Below the pieces are notes generated by a model that did not search any database, was not told where the DNA came from, and saw only the letters and a program-made list of their open reading frames with translations. The position numbers and the translations under genes are program-made. Below are positions 52,838 through 61,996 of a DNA stretch of 64,000 bases, piece by piece (positions within the stretch are counted from its first letter, which is position 1; the number at the start of each line of letters is the position of its first letter). The DNA comes from Flavobacteriales bacterium. Its GTDB lineage: Bacteria; Bacteroidota; Bacteroidia; Flavobacteriales; UBA7312. The stretch lies in contig JASJHQ010000049.1 of NCBI GenBank assembly GCA_037625715.1, positions 1,490 through 65,489 on the forward strand. Reading direction: 5' to 3'.

Positions 52838-55800
52838 TTTTAAAGTACTGATTTACTTTGTTTTTATAAAATGGAGTGAAAGAAGGTGGTATTGTTCGTA
52901 TCAACTCCTCTTGATTTTTCTTCTCTTTTAAATAATCTTGATAAGGATTAACCAATTTTTTGGAAAGATTCTCTAGCCATTCGTTAGACTCTCTTTTCTT
53001 TTCCTTGTCTTTTTCTAACTGTGCTTTTTCAGCCTCTAGCAATCGGTTAATTATTTGCTCTTGTCTAAGTAAAGTAGATTGAGTTATATTATTATTGATA
53101 ATATCGTTTTGTGTTTTCTCCATTTCTTCCAGCATTTTATCAATATTGTTTTTGCTGTTTTGGTCTCCACTTAGCTCATTTCTAATTTCATTCATCCTGT
53201 TTCTAATCTGCTCTTGTTTAGCAGCCATTTTAGCAATCTCTTTGCTTTGCTTTCCTCCTTTTTTAGTTTTGCCTTGCTTCCCTTTGCTTCCTTTAAGCAT
53301 GCCTTTCATTTGCTCTTTTAATGCTTTTTGCATTTTTTTCATCTTCTTCATTGACTCTCCTCCCAAGCTCTTAGGTTTGTTACACATTTTATTGCTTGGG
53401 TTAGGGTTTTTTTTCGTCATTTGCTTTTGCATTTGCTCCAGTACTTCTGACAATAGCAAGGCTAAATTATTTGCAGACATCATAGCAAATTGTTGCTTTT
53501 CTGAGGCTTCGTTGGTTTTTCTTTCTTCCATAAACGACAATGCTTTTTCCATATTAGCATTCATGTCGTTTATCTCACTATTTATAATAGATTGTATTTG
53601 AGGCTGTCTTTTGCTAAGTGCAAATAGGCTGTCTTCAATAATCTGTGAGTCGTCCATTAACTTGCTTTGATCTCTCATATATTGAGTGTAAATCGGACTG
53701 TTAAACTTAACGTCATAAAGGTTATTCATTAAGTTTTCTTGATCGAAAGAAAGGCTTATTAAGTTTTCTAGAATTTGACGTAAAGTTTCCATGTCTTCAG
53801 CAACAGTTTCAGCTTCCTCTTGGGCTAACGAATCTTGAATTGATTGGCTCATCTCTTTCATTTGATCAGCAGCATCTTCTTGTGATTTGGATGCTTGTTT
53901 TTTTAAGTTCTTGTTTAGCTTGTCAAGACTTTCTTTCATTTCTTGGCCTATATTTTCTTCTTGTTTTTTAGTGTCGGGTATGTCTTTTTTATTTTCTAGT
54001 TCTTGATTTAGTTTTTGTGCTTGCTCTAAATCCTTTTGTATTTCTTCAAATTCTTTTTGTATTTCTTCTTGCTCTTTTTTGAGTTGATCAGAATCTTGGT
54101 TTTTGTCTAAAGTTTTCTTTGCTAATTCGTCTTGTTTTTTTGCTAATTTCTCTAGTTTTCCAGCATTTTTTTCAAGCTTTTGTTCCAGCTCCATTTGTTT
54201 AAATAACTCTAGTGTTCTGTCGAGCTCCTTCTCCACATCTTCGTCGTCTTGCTGCATTTCATCGATTAAGTTCTTCAACTCTTCTTTATCGATGTCTTCC
54301 ATCTTTTCATTTAACTCGTTCATCATGTCTTTCATTTCTTGATCCATGATGTTTTCAAACAGTTCTTGAATTTGCTTTTGCTTGTTTAATAAGTCTTGGT
54401 TTTTATTATTTATTCGATCGTCTTTTTCTTGAGATTGGGCTTGTTGTTGTTCTATTTGCTGAATTTGATTTTTAAGTTCTTCTTGTTTTTTTACTATTTC
54501 TTTAGCCTTGTTTTTTTGTTCCCAGCTAAGCTCTTTTTCTTTGAGAAGTTGTTTTTTTAGCTCTTCTAGCTCTGCTTGAATTTCTGCAGCAAGCTTTTGA
54601 GTCTGCTCCATCTTTTGTTTTAGACTCTCGTTTTCAGAGTTTATTTCTTGCTCTAACTCATCTTTAGTCGGAGCTAGATATTGTTTCTTGCTTGACCTGC
54701 TAGACTTATTACCATTTATTTGGTCGTTGTCCCAAACTTCAAAATAATATTCTAAACCTTGGCCTGGTTTTATCCCTAAGGAATCAAAGTCTATTATGTG
54801 TGAAAATAATTGAGAAGTTTCCTTTCTATTTATACTTAATGGTATTGGCGTCCATTGGCTTTTTGCGTCGAAAGTGCGGAAATTAAAAGTGAGTTTTTGT
54901 AATCCGTAATCGTCGTCTATTTGGCCTCTCACAAATCGAATATTATTATTTGTGCTATCTATATATTCTTCTATTTGTATGCTAGGGTATTTATCTTTTA
55001 TAACATTCAGACGATATATTAAGCTGTCACCATTAGTAAAGCTATTTTCTGCTATAATAATATAGTCTTGCGATTGCCTTACTCTTTTACTAAACAAAAA
55101 AGTATTCTTTTCTTTTTTCTCAGCTTTAATTTTAGCTTCTTTTTCGAAGACCATAAATAATTTGCTAGCATTTTCGGTAACGACTTCCCATTTGATAACA
55201 CTCCCTTCAGGAACGAATAAATTCCCTTTGTTTTGAAATGATTCGGACTTTTTATTTAAGTAATTTGGATAATCTATACTAGTGTTTATTTTTGAAATAA
55301 TTGGCTTAGGCAATACTTCAATAGAATAAGTGCCAGAATAAAAATTGCTGGCTTTAAACCTAAAGTTAACAGACGTTTGAAGATTTTTTAGCTCGAATTT
55401 AAAGCTGCCTATTTTTTTTGAACTCATAAAATAGGAGTTACTATTGTATTCAATTTCTACTTCACTAGCTATTTCGTCTCCGATTAATTTAAGGTCTATT
55501 TTAAAGTTTTCTCCTTCAACAGCTGATAGATTTGTGTTTTGAATTTCAAATGAGAAAGGAGCTTGCTCTATAAACTCTTTATTGTATGAAATGATTCTCT
55601 CGGAACCGCCTACTATAACATCTTTATTTCCACTAATAATTAAGCATATAATAATTATAATTGGTAATGCTGCGTACTTTATATACTTTAGGTTTTGACG
55701 ATAATCTACTGCATTAGCAAAGCGCAATGACTTAAGTTCGTTTGATTTCTGCTCAATGCTTGCTTCAATTAATTCGTTCTCACTTTGGCTTATTTCTTGA

Positions 55801-56141
55801 AGTTGTAATATGTTAAGTAGCTTGTCCTGAACATCAGAGAAGTAAAGTCCAATAATTCGTGCGGCCTCTTTATGGCTAAGTGATTTTCCTATTCTGGATA
55901 GGCCTAATAACGGAATGACAATCCAGCTATAAAAAACAATTCCATTTATCAATACAAAAAGCCAAAATAGAACAGTTCTCACCGAGCTTTCGAAACGAAT
56001 AAAGAATTCTAAAAAAGAAAATAATATAAAGAAAACGGTAAAGCTTGCTATAAAAAAAAGACCCCCTTTTATCAATAAATTTTGATAATATTTACTGATA
56101 AACGCCTCTAACTTTTCAATTAATGAATTTCTCTCTTTCAC
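52824..56141 (-). CDS. large membrane-anchored protein with beta-rich middle region and about 570-aa hyper-charged coiled coil (DUF4175-like)
   Basis: 1105 aa with three N-terminal TM helices (res ~22-50, 55-80, 155-170). K/E/Q-rich low-complexity helices span res ~478-1050 (nt ~52990-54710). It overlaps the ybeY start by 14 nt. The DUF name is from memory. Confidence 0.6.
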   Translation of the reverse strand: MKERNSLIEKLEAFISKYYQNLLIKGGLFFIASFTVFFILFSFLEFFIRFESSVRTVLFWLFVLINGIVFYSWIVIPLLGLSRIGKSLSHKEAARIIGLYFSDVQDKLLNILQLQEISQSENELIEASIEQKSNELKSLRFANAVDYRQNLKYIKYAALPIIIIICLIISGNKDVIVGGSERIISYNKEFIEQAPFSFEIQNTNLSAVEGENFKIDLKLIGDEIASEVEIEYNSNSYFMSSKKIGSFKFELKNLQTSVNFRFKASNFYSGTYSIEVLPKPIISKINTSIDYPNYLNKKSESFQNKGNLFVPEGSVIKWEVVTENASKLFMVFEKEAKIKAEKKEKNTFLFSKRVRQSQDYIIIAENSFTNGDSLIYRLNVIKDKYPSIQIEEYIDSTNNNIRFVRGQIDDDYGLQKLTFNFRTFDAKSQWTPIPLSINRKETSQLFSHIIDFDSLGIKPGQGLEYYFEVWDNDQINGNKSSRSSKKQYLAPTKDELEQEINSENESLKQKMEQTQKLAAEIQAELEELKKQLLKEKELSWEQKNKAKEIVKKQEELKNQIQQIEQQQAQSQEKDDRINNKNQDLLNKQKQIQELFENIMDQEMKDMMNELNEKMEDIDKEELKNLIDEMQQDDEDVEKELDRTLELFKQMELEQKLEKNAGKLEKLAKKQDELAKKTLDKNQDSDQLKKEQEEIQKEFEEIQKDLEQAQKLNQELENKKDIPDTKKQEENIGQEMKESLDKLNKNLKKQASKSQEDAADQMKEMSQSIQDSLAQEEAETVAEDMETLRQILENLISLSFDQENLMNNLYDVKFNSPIYTQYMRDQSKLMDDSQIIEDSLFALSKRQPQIQSIINSEINDMNANMEKALSFMEERKTNEASEKQQFAMMSANNLALLLSEVLEQMQKQMTKKNPNPSNKMCNKPKSLGGESMKKMKKMQKALKEQMKGMLKGSKGKQGKTKKGGKQSKEIAKMAAKQEQIRNRMNEIRNELSGDQNSKNNIDKMLEEMEKTQNDIINNNITQSTLLRQEQIINRLLEAEKAQLEKDKEKKRESNEWLENLSKKLVNPYQDYLKEKKNQEELIRTIPPSFTPFYKNKVNQYFKNDRQ

Positions 56142-56198
56142 TATACAAAGGTATGATTTTAGTTCTAATTGAACACTTTGTCATATTTGATTAAAATG

Positions 56199-56206
56199 TA
56201 TCTTTG
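56199..56206 (+). promoter_or_regulatory. candidate -7 box (TATCTTTG) for gltX
   Basis: TAnnTTTG match 21 nt upstream of ATG 56228. Confidence 0.45.
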
Positions 56207-56227
56207 GCTCCACAAAAATAGACATCT

Positions 56228-57736
56228 ATGGATAAGGTAAGAGTTCGATTTGCACCTAGCCCGACAGGGCCATTGCACATGGGAGGTGTTCGTACGGCAT
56301 TATATAATTATTTATTTGCCAAGAAACACGGAGGAGATTTCATTCTTCGAATAGAAGATACGGATCAAAACAGATATGTGCCAGGAGCAGAACAATATAT
56401 TGTTGAGTCTTTAGATTGGTGTAAGATTATAGTTGATGAAGGAATAGGTAAAGCTGGAGATTTAGGCCCTTACAGACAATCGGACAGAAAGCATATGTAT
56501 AAAGAATATTCCGATCTGTTATTAGAAAGCGGCAATGCTTACATCGCTTTTGATACTACAGAAGAACTTGACCAGATGCGTGAAAGAATGAAAAACGCAG
56601 GGGTTCCTTCTCCTCAATACAACGCTATTACCAGAACTTCGATGCAGAACTCTTTGTCTTTATCTGAAGACGAAGTACAAGCTAGACTTGATAAAAACGA
56701 ACCTTATGTTGTTCGTGTTAAAATGCCTAGAAACGAAGAAGTAAAATTTAAAGATATTATTAGAGGATGGGTTGTGGTAAACACAAACAATCTAGACGAT
56801 AAGGTTATTTTTAAATCGGACGGCATGCCTACATATCACCTTGCAAATGTGGTAGACGATTATTTAATGAAAATATCTCATGTTATTAGAGGTGAAGAGT
56901 GGTTGCCATCGGCACCATTACACATATTATTATATCGATTTTTTGATTGGAAAGCTCCAGAATTTGCTCATTTGCCCCTTATTTTAAAGCCCGATGGTAA
57001 TGGTAAGCTAAGCAAAAGAGACGGAGATCGTTTAGGCTTTCCAGTGTTTCCTATAGAGTGGAAAAACCCAGAAACAGGAGATGTTTCTAAAGGATATCGT
57101 GAAGAAGGATATTTTAAAGAAGCATTTACTAATATGTTAGCCTTTTTGGGCTGGAACCCTGGCACTACTCAAGAGATTTTTTCTATGGACGAACTGATAG
57201 AATCGTTTAGTTTAGAAAGAGTCGGCAAGGCAGGTGCTAAATTTGATTTCGATAAAACAAAATGGTTTAACCAGCAGTACTTGAGGGCTAAAGACGGACA
57301 AGAATTATCCGATTTGGTTTCTCCCTTATTCCAAGAAAAAGTGAGTGATGCTGATTTAGCTGTTATTTGTGAGTTAATGAAAGAAAGAGCCACTTTTGCT
57401 AAAGATATTTTTAACGAAAGCACCTTCTTTTTTGAAGCTCCATTAGAGTACGATGAAAAAACGCTTCGTAAGAAATGGAAAGAATCAACCCCAGATATTC
57501 TAAATCAATTAATAGAGATACTAGATTCTATTTCTAGTTTTGACCCTTTAACTATAGAAACTACATTTAAAAGTTTTTTAGAAGAGAAAGAGCTAGGATT
57601 TGGTGCTGTTTTGCCAAACTTTAGATTAGCAATTACTGGCTTAGGAATGGGTCCTTCTATGTTTCACATTTGTTCTATACTAGGCAAAGAAGAGGTTATT
57701 AAAAGATTGCGATTAGCAATTGAAAGAAACGCATAA
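56228..57736 (+). CDS. gltX: glutamate--tRNA ligase
   Basis: Class I motifs: HIGH variant (PSPTGPLHMGG) and KMSKS variant (KLSKRDG). 502 aa. Confidence 0.97.
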   Translation: MDKVRVRFAPSPTGPLHMGGVRTALYNYLFAKKHGGDFILRIEDTDQNRYVPGAEQYIVESLDWCKIIVDEGIGKAGDLGPYRQSDRKHMYKEYSDLLLESGNAYIAFDTTEELDQMRERMKNAGVPSPQYNAITRTSMQNSLSLSEDEVQARLDKNEPYVVRVKMPRNEEVKFKDIIRGWVVVNTNNLDDKVIFKSDGMPTYHLANVVDDYLMKISHVIRGEEWLPSAPLHILLYRFFDWKAPEFAHLPLILKPDGNGKLSKRDGDRLGFPVFPIEWKNPETGDVSKGYREEGYFKEAFTNMLAFLGWNPGTTQEIFSMDELIESFSLERVGKAGAKFDFDKTKWFNQQYLRAKDGQELSDLVSPLFQEKVSDADLAVICELMKERATFAKDIFNESTFFFEAPLEYDEKTLRKKWKESTPDILNQLIEILDSISSFDPLTIETTFKSFLEEKELGFGAVLPNFRLAITGLGMGPSMFHICSILGKEEVIKRLRLAIERNA

Positions 57737-58099
57737 ATGGGAATAATTTCTGTAAAAGGTATAAGACTTTATAGCCACCATGGTTGTTTGCCCCAAGAAA
57801 CGCTTATTGGCTCTGATTACATTGTTGATGTAGACATTGAGACAGACTTGCTGGCTAGCGCTTTATCCGATGATTTGTCTAAAACAATAGACTATGTGGT
57901 GGTTAATCAAGTGGTGCAAGAAGAGATGGATGTGCCATCTAAGCTATTAGAAACGGTTGCTCTTAGAATTATTAATCGCCTTACAACTCTTCATGCTGAA
58001 ATAGAGTATTTAGCGCTAAGTATTTCTAAATTAAACCCTCCAATAAATGGGGATGTAGAGCGCGTTACCATTAAAGAGATTTATAAAAAGCTTGTATAA
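57737..58099 (+). CDS. folB: dihydroneopterin aldolase
   Basis: 120 aa. The pattern GIRLYSHHGCLPQETLIGSDYIVDVDI...TIDYVVV is typical of FolB. The ATG directly abuts the gltX stop. Confidence 0.85.
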   Translation: MGIISVKGIRLYSHHGCLPQETLIGSDYIVDVDIETDLLASALSDDLSKTIDYVVVNQVVQEEMDVPSKLLETVALRIINRLTTLHAEIEYLALSISKLNPPINGDVERVTIKEIYKKLV

Positions 58100-58135
58100 C
58101 TCAACAAAAAAGTATTAAATTCGCCATCCTTTAAT

Positions 58136-58209
58136 GGTCTCGTGGCCGAGTGGCTAGGCAGTGGTCTGCAAAACCATCTACAGCGGTTCGAATCCGCTCG
58201 AGACCTCCA
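58136..58209 (+). tRNA. tRNA-Cys (anticodon GCA)
   Basis: Hand-folded. Acceptor GGTCTCG/CGAGACC, anticodon stem GTGGT/ACCAT with loop CTGCAAA (anticodon GCA), T-arm AGCGG-TTCGAAT-CCGCT, discriminator U73 (a Cys identity element). The 3' CCA is encoded. Confidence 0.92.
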
Positions 58210-58212
58210 AAA

Positions 58213-58251
58213 AGACCTGTTTTTTAACGAAAACAGGTCTTTTTTTTTTTC
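58213..58251 (+). terminator. rho-independent terminator after tRNA-Cys
   Basis: AGACCTGTTTT / AAAACAGGTCT forms an 11-bp stem with a 6-nt loop, followed by a run of 11 T. Confidence 0.85.
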
Positions 58252-58354
58252 AATAATTTAGGCTTAATATGTTGATTTTTAATTGATTGGTTTTCAATTT
58301 TCTCACTACATTTTTCTTTTCTAATTCACACTTGAATTGTGAGTGATTATTTCT

Positions 58355-58362
58355 TATCTTTG
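58355..58362 (+). promoter_or_regulatory. candidate -7 box (TATCTTTG) for the SprB-repeat gene
   Basis: TAnnTTTG match 22 nt upstream of ATG 58385. It lies inside the track's GTG-extended ORF, which argues for the ATG start. Confidence 0.45.
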
Positions 58363-58384
58363 GTTTCCAACCTTAACTTTTCAA

Positions 58385-61300
58385 ATGTTTATAAGAATTT
58401 TTGTACTTATTGTTTTGATTTCACAGGGCTTTACTGCCTTGGCTCAAACGTATATGTCTTCTTCTGCCTCTAGTAATAACGACCCTAATTCTGAAGTGAT
58501 TGCAAGAGTTAATTTTGGCTCTTTGCCATTTGGATCTGAAGACATTAATAACCCTTCTTTAAACGGATTGCTTAACGCTACATGCACGGGCTATAGTGAT
58601 TTTACCACAGGCAATAACTCTAACTTGGATGGGAATCTAACTAATACACAGTTTTCTACAGGAGTAGTAAAAAGTCAAACTTATTTTTTGCAGGTAGTTG
58701 GAGATTTCTGCTCCAGTAATTTTTCCAATACCGGCACCCCTAATAGGGCAATAAAAGTTTTTGTTGATTTTAATGACGACGGAGACTTCACCGATGCTGG
58801 AGAACAAGTTTATGTTTCTAGTGATACCGACGGTTACCAACAAGTAGATAACCCTGTTTTTAATACAAGCTTCGACATTCCTATAACTGCGGTAGTAGGA
58901 GAGTTAAGAATGCGTATTGTTTATAGAAGAGTAGGAACGTCTACTTTTGTTTGGGGCATACCAAACCTTGGATCAACAGGAACTTATCCTAGAGGAGAAA
59001 CTGAAGACTATACCTTAGTTGTAACAGGATACATTGATCAAATTACCCCTACTAGCGTGGCTTGTGATGGATCTGTTGACGGACAGCTGGCAATTACACC
59101 AAATGTAGCCGCTCCTGTTGGGGTAGAGTTTTCAATTAACGGACTTGTTGGCCCTTGGACTTCCGATTTAAATTATACTAATTTACCAGCTGGTGTTTAC
59201 GATGTTTGGGCCAGAGATGCTGCTTTAGCGCCACAATATGTTTACGAGCAGTATCAGGTAACAATAGACGCTCCAACACCAGTTACGTTTAACGGCTTAG
59301 TAACTTCTAATTTTAATGGACAAGATATTTCTTGTGCAGCAGCAGCTGACGGAGAACTAACAATAACAACATTTGGGGGAGACCCCGCTTCTTTTACTTA
59401 TCAATATACCGATCAATTAACCGGAACCACGAATGTTTCTGCAACAAACGTTATACAAAACCTAGGTGCTGATATTTATGACATTGTAGTAATTGACGCA
59501 TTGGGCTGTGAGTCTGCTTCTTTATCCTATCAACTTGAAGCTCCATCACCAATATTCATTTCTAATGTAGAAGTTACATCCGATTACAATGGTTTTGAGA
59601 TAAGCTGTTTTAACGCCTGTGATGCTGAGCTTACTATTACTGCTAGTGGAGGTTCTGCTCCATATAATTATTCCGTTAACGGATTTAGCAATGGCAACAA
59701 CAACGTATTTTCTTTTGTATGCTCAGGAAATGCTTCCGTATCGATTATGGATGTCAATAACTGTGTGTTAACTACTAATTTTCCGGTTGCCGAGCCTACT
59801 TTAATTCAGATAACTAATGTGTCGATTACATCCGATTATAATGGGAATGATGTTAGCTGTTTTAATGCTTCAGATGCTAGTATCTCTATTGACGCTAGCG
59901 GAGGCGCTTCTAATTATACTTACAGCATAAATGGCGGATTAACTTTTCCTTACGCCATTAATACTATTAATTCTTTGTCAGCAGGAGTTTATTCTGTAGT
60001 TGCTCAGGATGCAAACGGATGTCAGTCAGCTGCTTTCAACCTTAATATATCACAGCCTTTAGCTCTTGATTTTGATCCTATTATTAATACTGTTCCTATA
60101 AGTTGTAACGGATTAATTGATGGACAAATTAGCGTACAGGCAAATGGAGGAACGCCTAATTATTCTTATTCTATAGATAATGGTTCTACTTTTCAAAATT
60201 CTGGTGTTTTTAACGGACTTTTCTCTACTAATTACTCAGTAGTTGTTCAAGACCAAAATAACTGTACCCAATCTACTAATTACAATCTTGCTCAACCTCA
60301 AGTCGTAAGCTTTAACGCTTCGGTTGTTTCAGACTACCTTGGATATAACGTTAGCTGTTTTGAGTCGAATGATGCAACCATTTCTGTTGTTGCTCAAGGA
60401 GGTTCGGGCAACTATATGTTAGAAATAAATTCTAGCGGTTTATTTGATCCCATTCCTTTAGATAACCAAATAGATAATTTTTCAGCAGGAAGCTATTCTA
60501 TGGTAGTCTCGGATCAGAATAACTGTTTGTCTGGAACTCAAAATATTAGCGTTACAGAGCCTAATCAATTGCAAATAGTAGATGTTGTAGAAACATCTTC
60601 GATAAGCTGTTTTGCCAGTTCTGATGGAGAGCTTACAATTAGCGCTCAAGGGGGTGCAGGAAGCTATTCTTATTTCGTTGCTTCTCTTTATGCTAGCACC
60701 AATCAAAATCCTTACTCAGTAAATAATCTTTCTGCAAACACATTTGACATTACCGTTGTTGATCAAAACGGTTGTGTTTCTGACCCTGTAAACCAGCTGC
60801 TAGATCAGCCGTCCATGTTGCAGTCAAATCTTTCTACCACCAATTTAGGATGTAGTGGACAAGACATAGGAGGAGCTTCTATTTCGGTAAGCGGAGGAAC
60901 GCCTTCTTATTCTATAGTATGGTCTAATAACGAAACATCTAACTCCATTACTAACTTAGTAGCGGGAGCTTATTCTGTTAATATTTCCGATGATAACGAT
61001 TGCGAGCTAGATTTAGTCTTTCAAATTACAGAGCCTCAACTTCAAAGCACTACTACAGAAATTATATGTTACGGACAGAATCAGGGACAAATTTCGGTGA
61101 CTCTTCAGAATGCAAATCCTGCTTCTGTGTATCAATTTTTGTGGGACGACCCTAATGCCCAAACTACTATTAATGCAACAAATTTAGGAGCAGGCGTGTA
61201 CACTTTAACTGCCACAGACCAGTTTGGCTGTGAATTAATATTAACAGAGTTTATCGATCAGCCAGATAGCATGAACGTATTTGTAGATCATACTGCTATT

Positions 61301-61996
61301 TGTGCAGATAGTCCGATTGCCAAAGCGACGGTATTTGCTTCTGGAGGACTTAGCCCATATAACTATTTATGGAGTACGGCAGAGGTGAGCGAACAAATTG
61401 AAATATCCATAGCAAATAGTTACTCGGTAATAGTAACGGATGACAAAAACTGCCAACAACAAGTAGACTTTAATATTGACCCTTTAAGTTTAATGGATAT
61501 TAGCTTTGTTACCACAAACCCTTCTTGTAGAGACAATGTAGATGGTCAAATTTCTGCTGATGTAATAGGCGGATACGCTCCTTATCAATTCTCATGGTCT
61601 AATAACTCTGAAGAACAAGATCTTTTAAGAGTTGGTGAAGGAACATATTCTTTAAACGTAACTGATGACAATGGTTGCATTACTACTTTTACAACGACCA
61701 TTTTCGGAGAAAGCCAAAGTTGTTTGTATGTATATTCTGCTTTTTCTCCTAACGGAGATCAAAACAACGATTATTGGCATATAGACAATATAGAGCTTTA
61801 TCCGGACGCATTAGTAGAAGTTTTTAATCGATGGGGCGACAGAGTATATTCCAATAAGAGGTACACTAACTCTTGGGATACCGCTTGGAACGGAACCTTT
61901 AACAATAACATACTACCATCGGCTACATATTATTATGTAATAACCTTACATAATGATGAAGAGCCATATGTTGGTACAGTAACCATAGTTAGATAA
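58385..61996 (+). CDS. large cell-surface protein: GEVED-like N-terminal domain + 11 SprB-type repeats + T9SS type-B (gliding-motility-associated) C-terminal domain
   Basis: Signal MFIRIFVLIVLISQGFTALAQ and a GEVED-like motif YPRGETEDYTLVV. Eleven repeats of about 85 aa each carry C.(G/A).DG.I....GG..(P)Y.Y. The last 90 aa (61724-61993), FSPNGDQNNDYWHI...VFNRWGDRVY...WNGTFNNNILPSATYYYVI, form a CHU_C/type-B CTD. Confidence 0.8.
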   Translation: MFIRIFVLIVLISQGFTALAQTYMSSSASSNNDPNSEVIARVNFGSLPFGSEDINNPSLNGLLNATCTGYSDFTTGNNSNLDGNLTNTQFSTGVVKSQTYFLQVVGDFCSSNFSNTGTPNRAIKVFVDFNDDGDFTDAGEQVYVSSDTDGYQQVDNPVFNTSFDIPITAVVGELRMRIVYRRVGTSTFVWGIPNLGSTGTYPRGETEDYTLVVTGYIDQITPTSVACDGSVDGQLAITPNVAAPVGVEFSINGLVGPWTSDLNYTNLPAGVYDVWARDAALAPQYVYEQYQVTIDAPTPVTFNGLVTSNFNGQDISCAAAADGELTITTFGGDPASFTYQYTDQLTGTTNVSATNVIQNLGADIYDIVVIDALGCESASLSYQLEAPSPIFISNVEVTSDYNGFEISCFNACDAELTITASGGSAPYNYSVNGFSNGNNNVFSFVCSGNASVSIMDVNNCVLTTNFPVAEPTLIQITNVSITSDYNGNDVSCFNASDASISIDASGGASNYTYSINGGLTFPYAINTINSLSAGVYSVVAQDANGCQSAAFNLNISQPLALDFDPIINTVPISCNGLIDGQISVQANGGTPNYSYSIDNGSTFQNSGVFNGLFSTNYSVVVQDQNNCTQSTNYNLAQPQVVSFNASVVSDYLGYNVSCFESNDATISVVAQGGSGNYMLEINSSGLFDPIPLDNQIDNFSAGSYSMVVSDQNNCLSGTQNISVTEPNQLQIVDVVETSSISCFASSDGELTISAQGGAGSYSYFVASLYASTNQNPYSVNNLSANTFDITVVDQNGCVSDPVNQLLDQPSMLQSNLSTTNLGCSGQDIGGASISVSGGTPSYSIVWSNNETSNSITNLVAGAYSVNISDDNDCELDLVFQITEPQLQSTTTEIICYGQNQGQISVTLQNANPASVYQFLWDDPNAQTTINATNLGAGVYTLTATDQFGCELILTEFIDQPDSMNVFVDHTAICADSPIAKATVFASGGLSPYNYLWSTAEVSEQIEISIANSYSVIVTDDKNCQQQVDFNIDPLSLMDISFVTTNPSCRDNVDGQISADVIGGYAPYQFSWSNNSEEQDLLRVGEGTYSLNVTDDNGCITTFTTTIFGESQSCLYVYSAFSPNGDQNNDYWHIDNIELYPDALVEVFNRWGDRVYSNKRYTNSWDTAWNGTFNNNILPSATYYYVITLHNDEEPYVGTVTIVR
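59048..61723 (+). repeat. 11 tandem, diverged SprB-type coding repeats (about 250 nt each)
   Basis: Adjacent units are still visibly similar at DNA level, e.g. ACATCCGATTACAATGG...AGCTGTTTTAACGC at 59577 versus ACATCCGATTATAATGG...AGCTGTTTTAATGC at 59830. Confidence 0.75.

Noticed and set aside
53095-53601. 168-aa plus-strand ORF (and 54103-54342) inside the large charged-protein gene
   Set aside because: It lies antisense to a K/E/Q low-complexity coding region. Its translation is Ser/Phe/Leu/Cys-rich nonsense typical of a shadow ORF, and there is no promoter box or independent signal.
59048-61723. Regularly spaced repeats that might suggest a CRISPR or other non-coding array
   Set aside because: The ~250-nt units are in frame within one long ORF and encode SprB-type protein repeats. 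There are no short identical repeats with unique spacers anywhere in the window.
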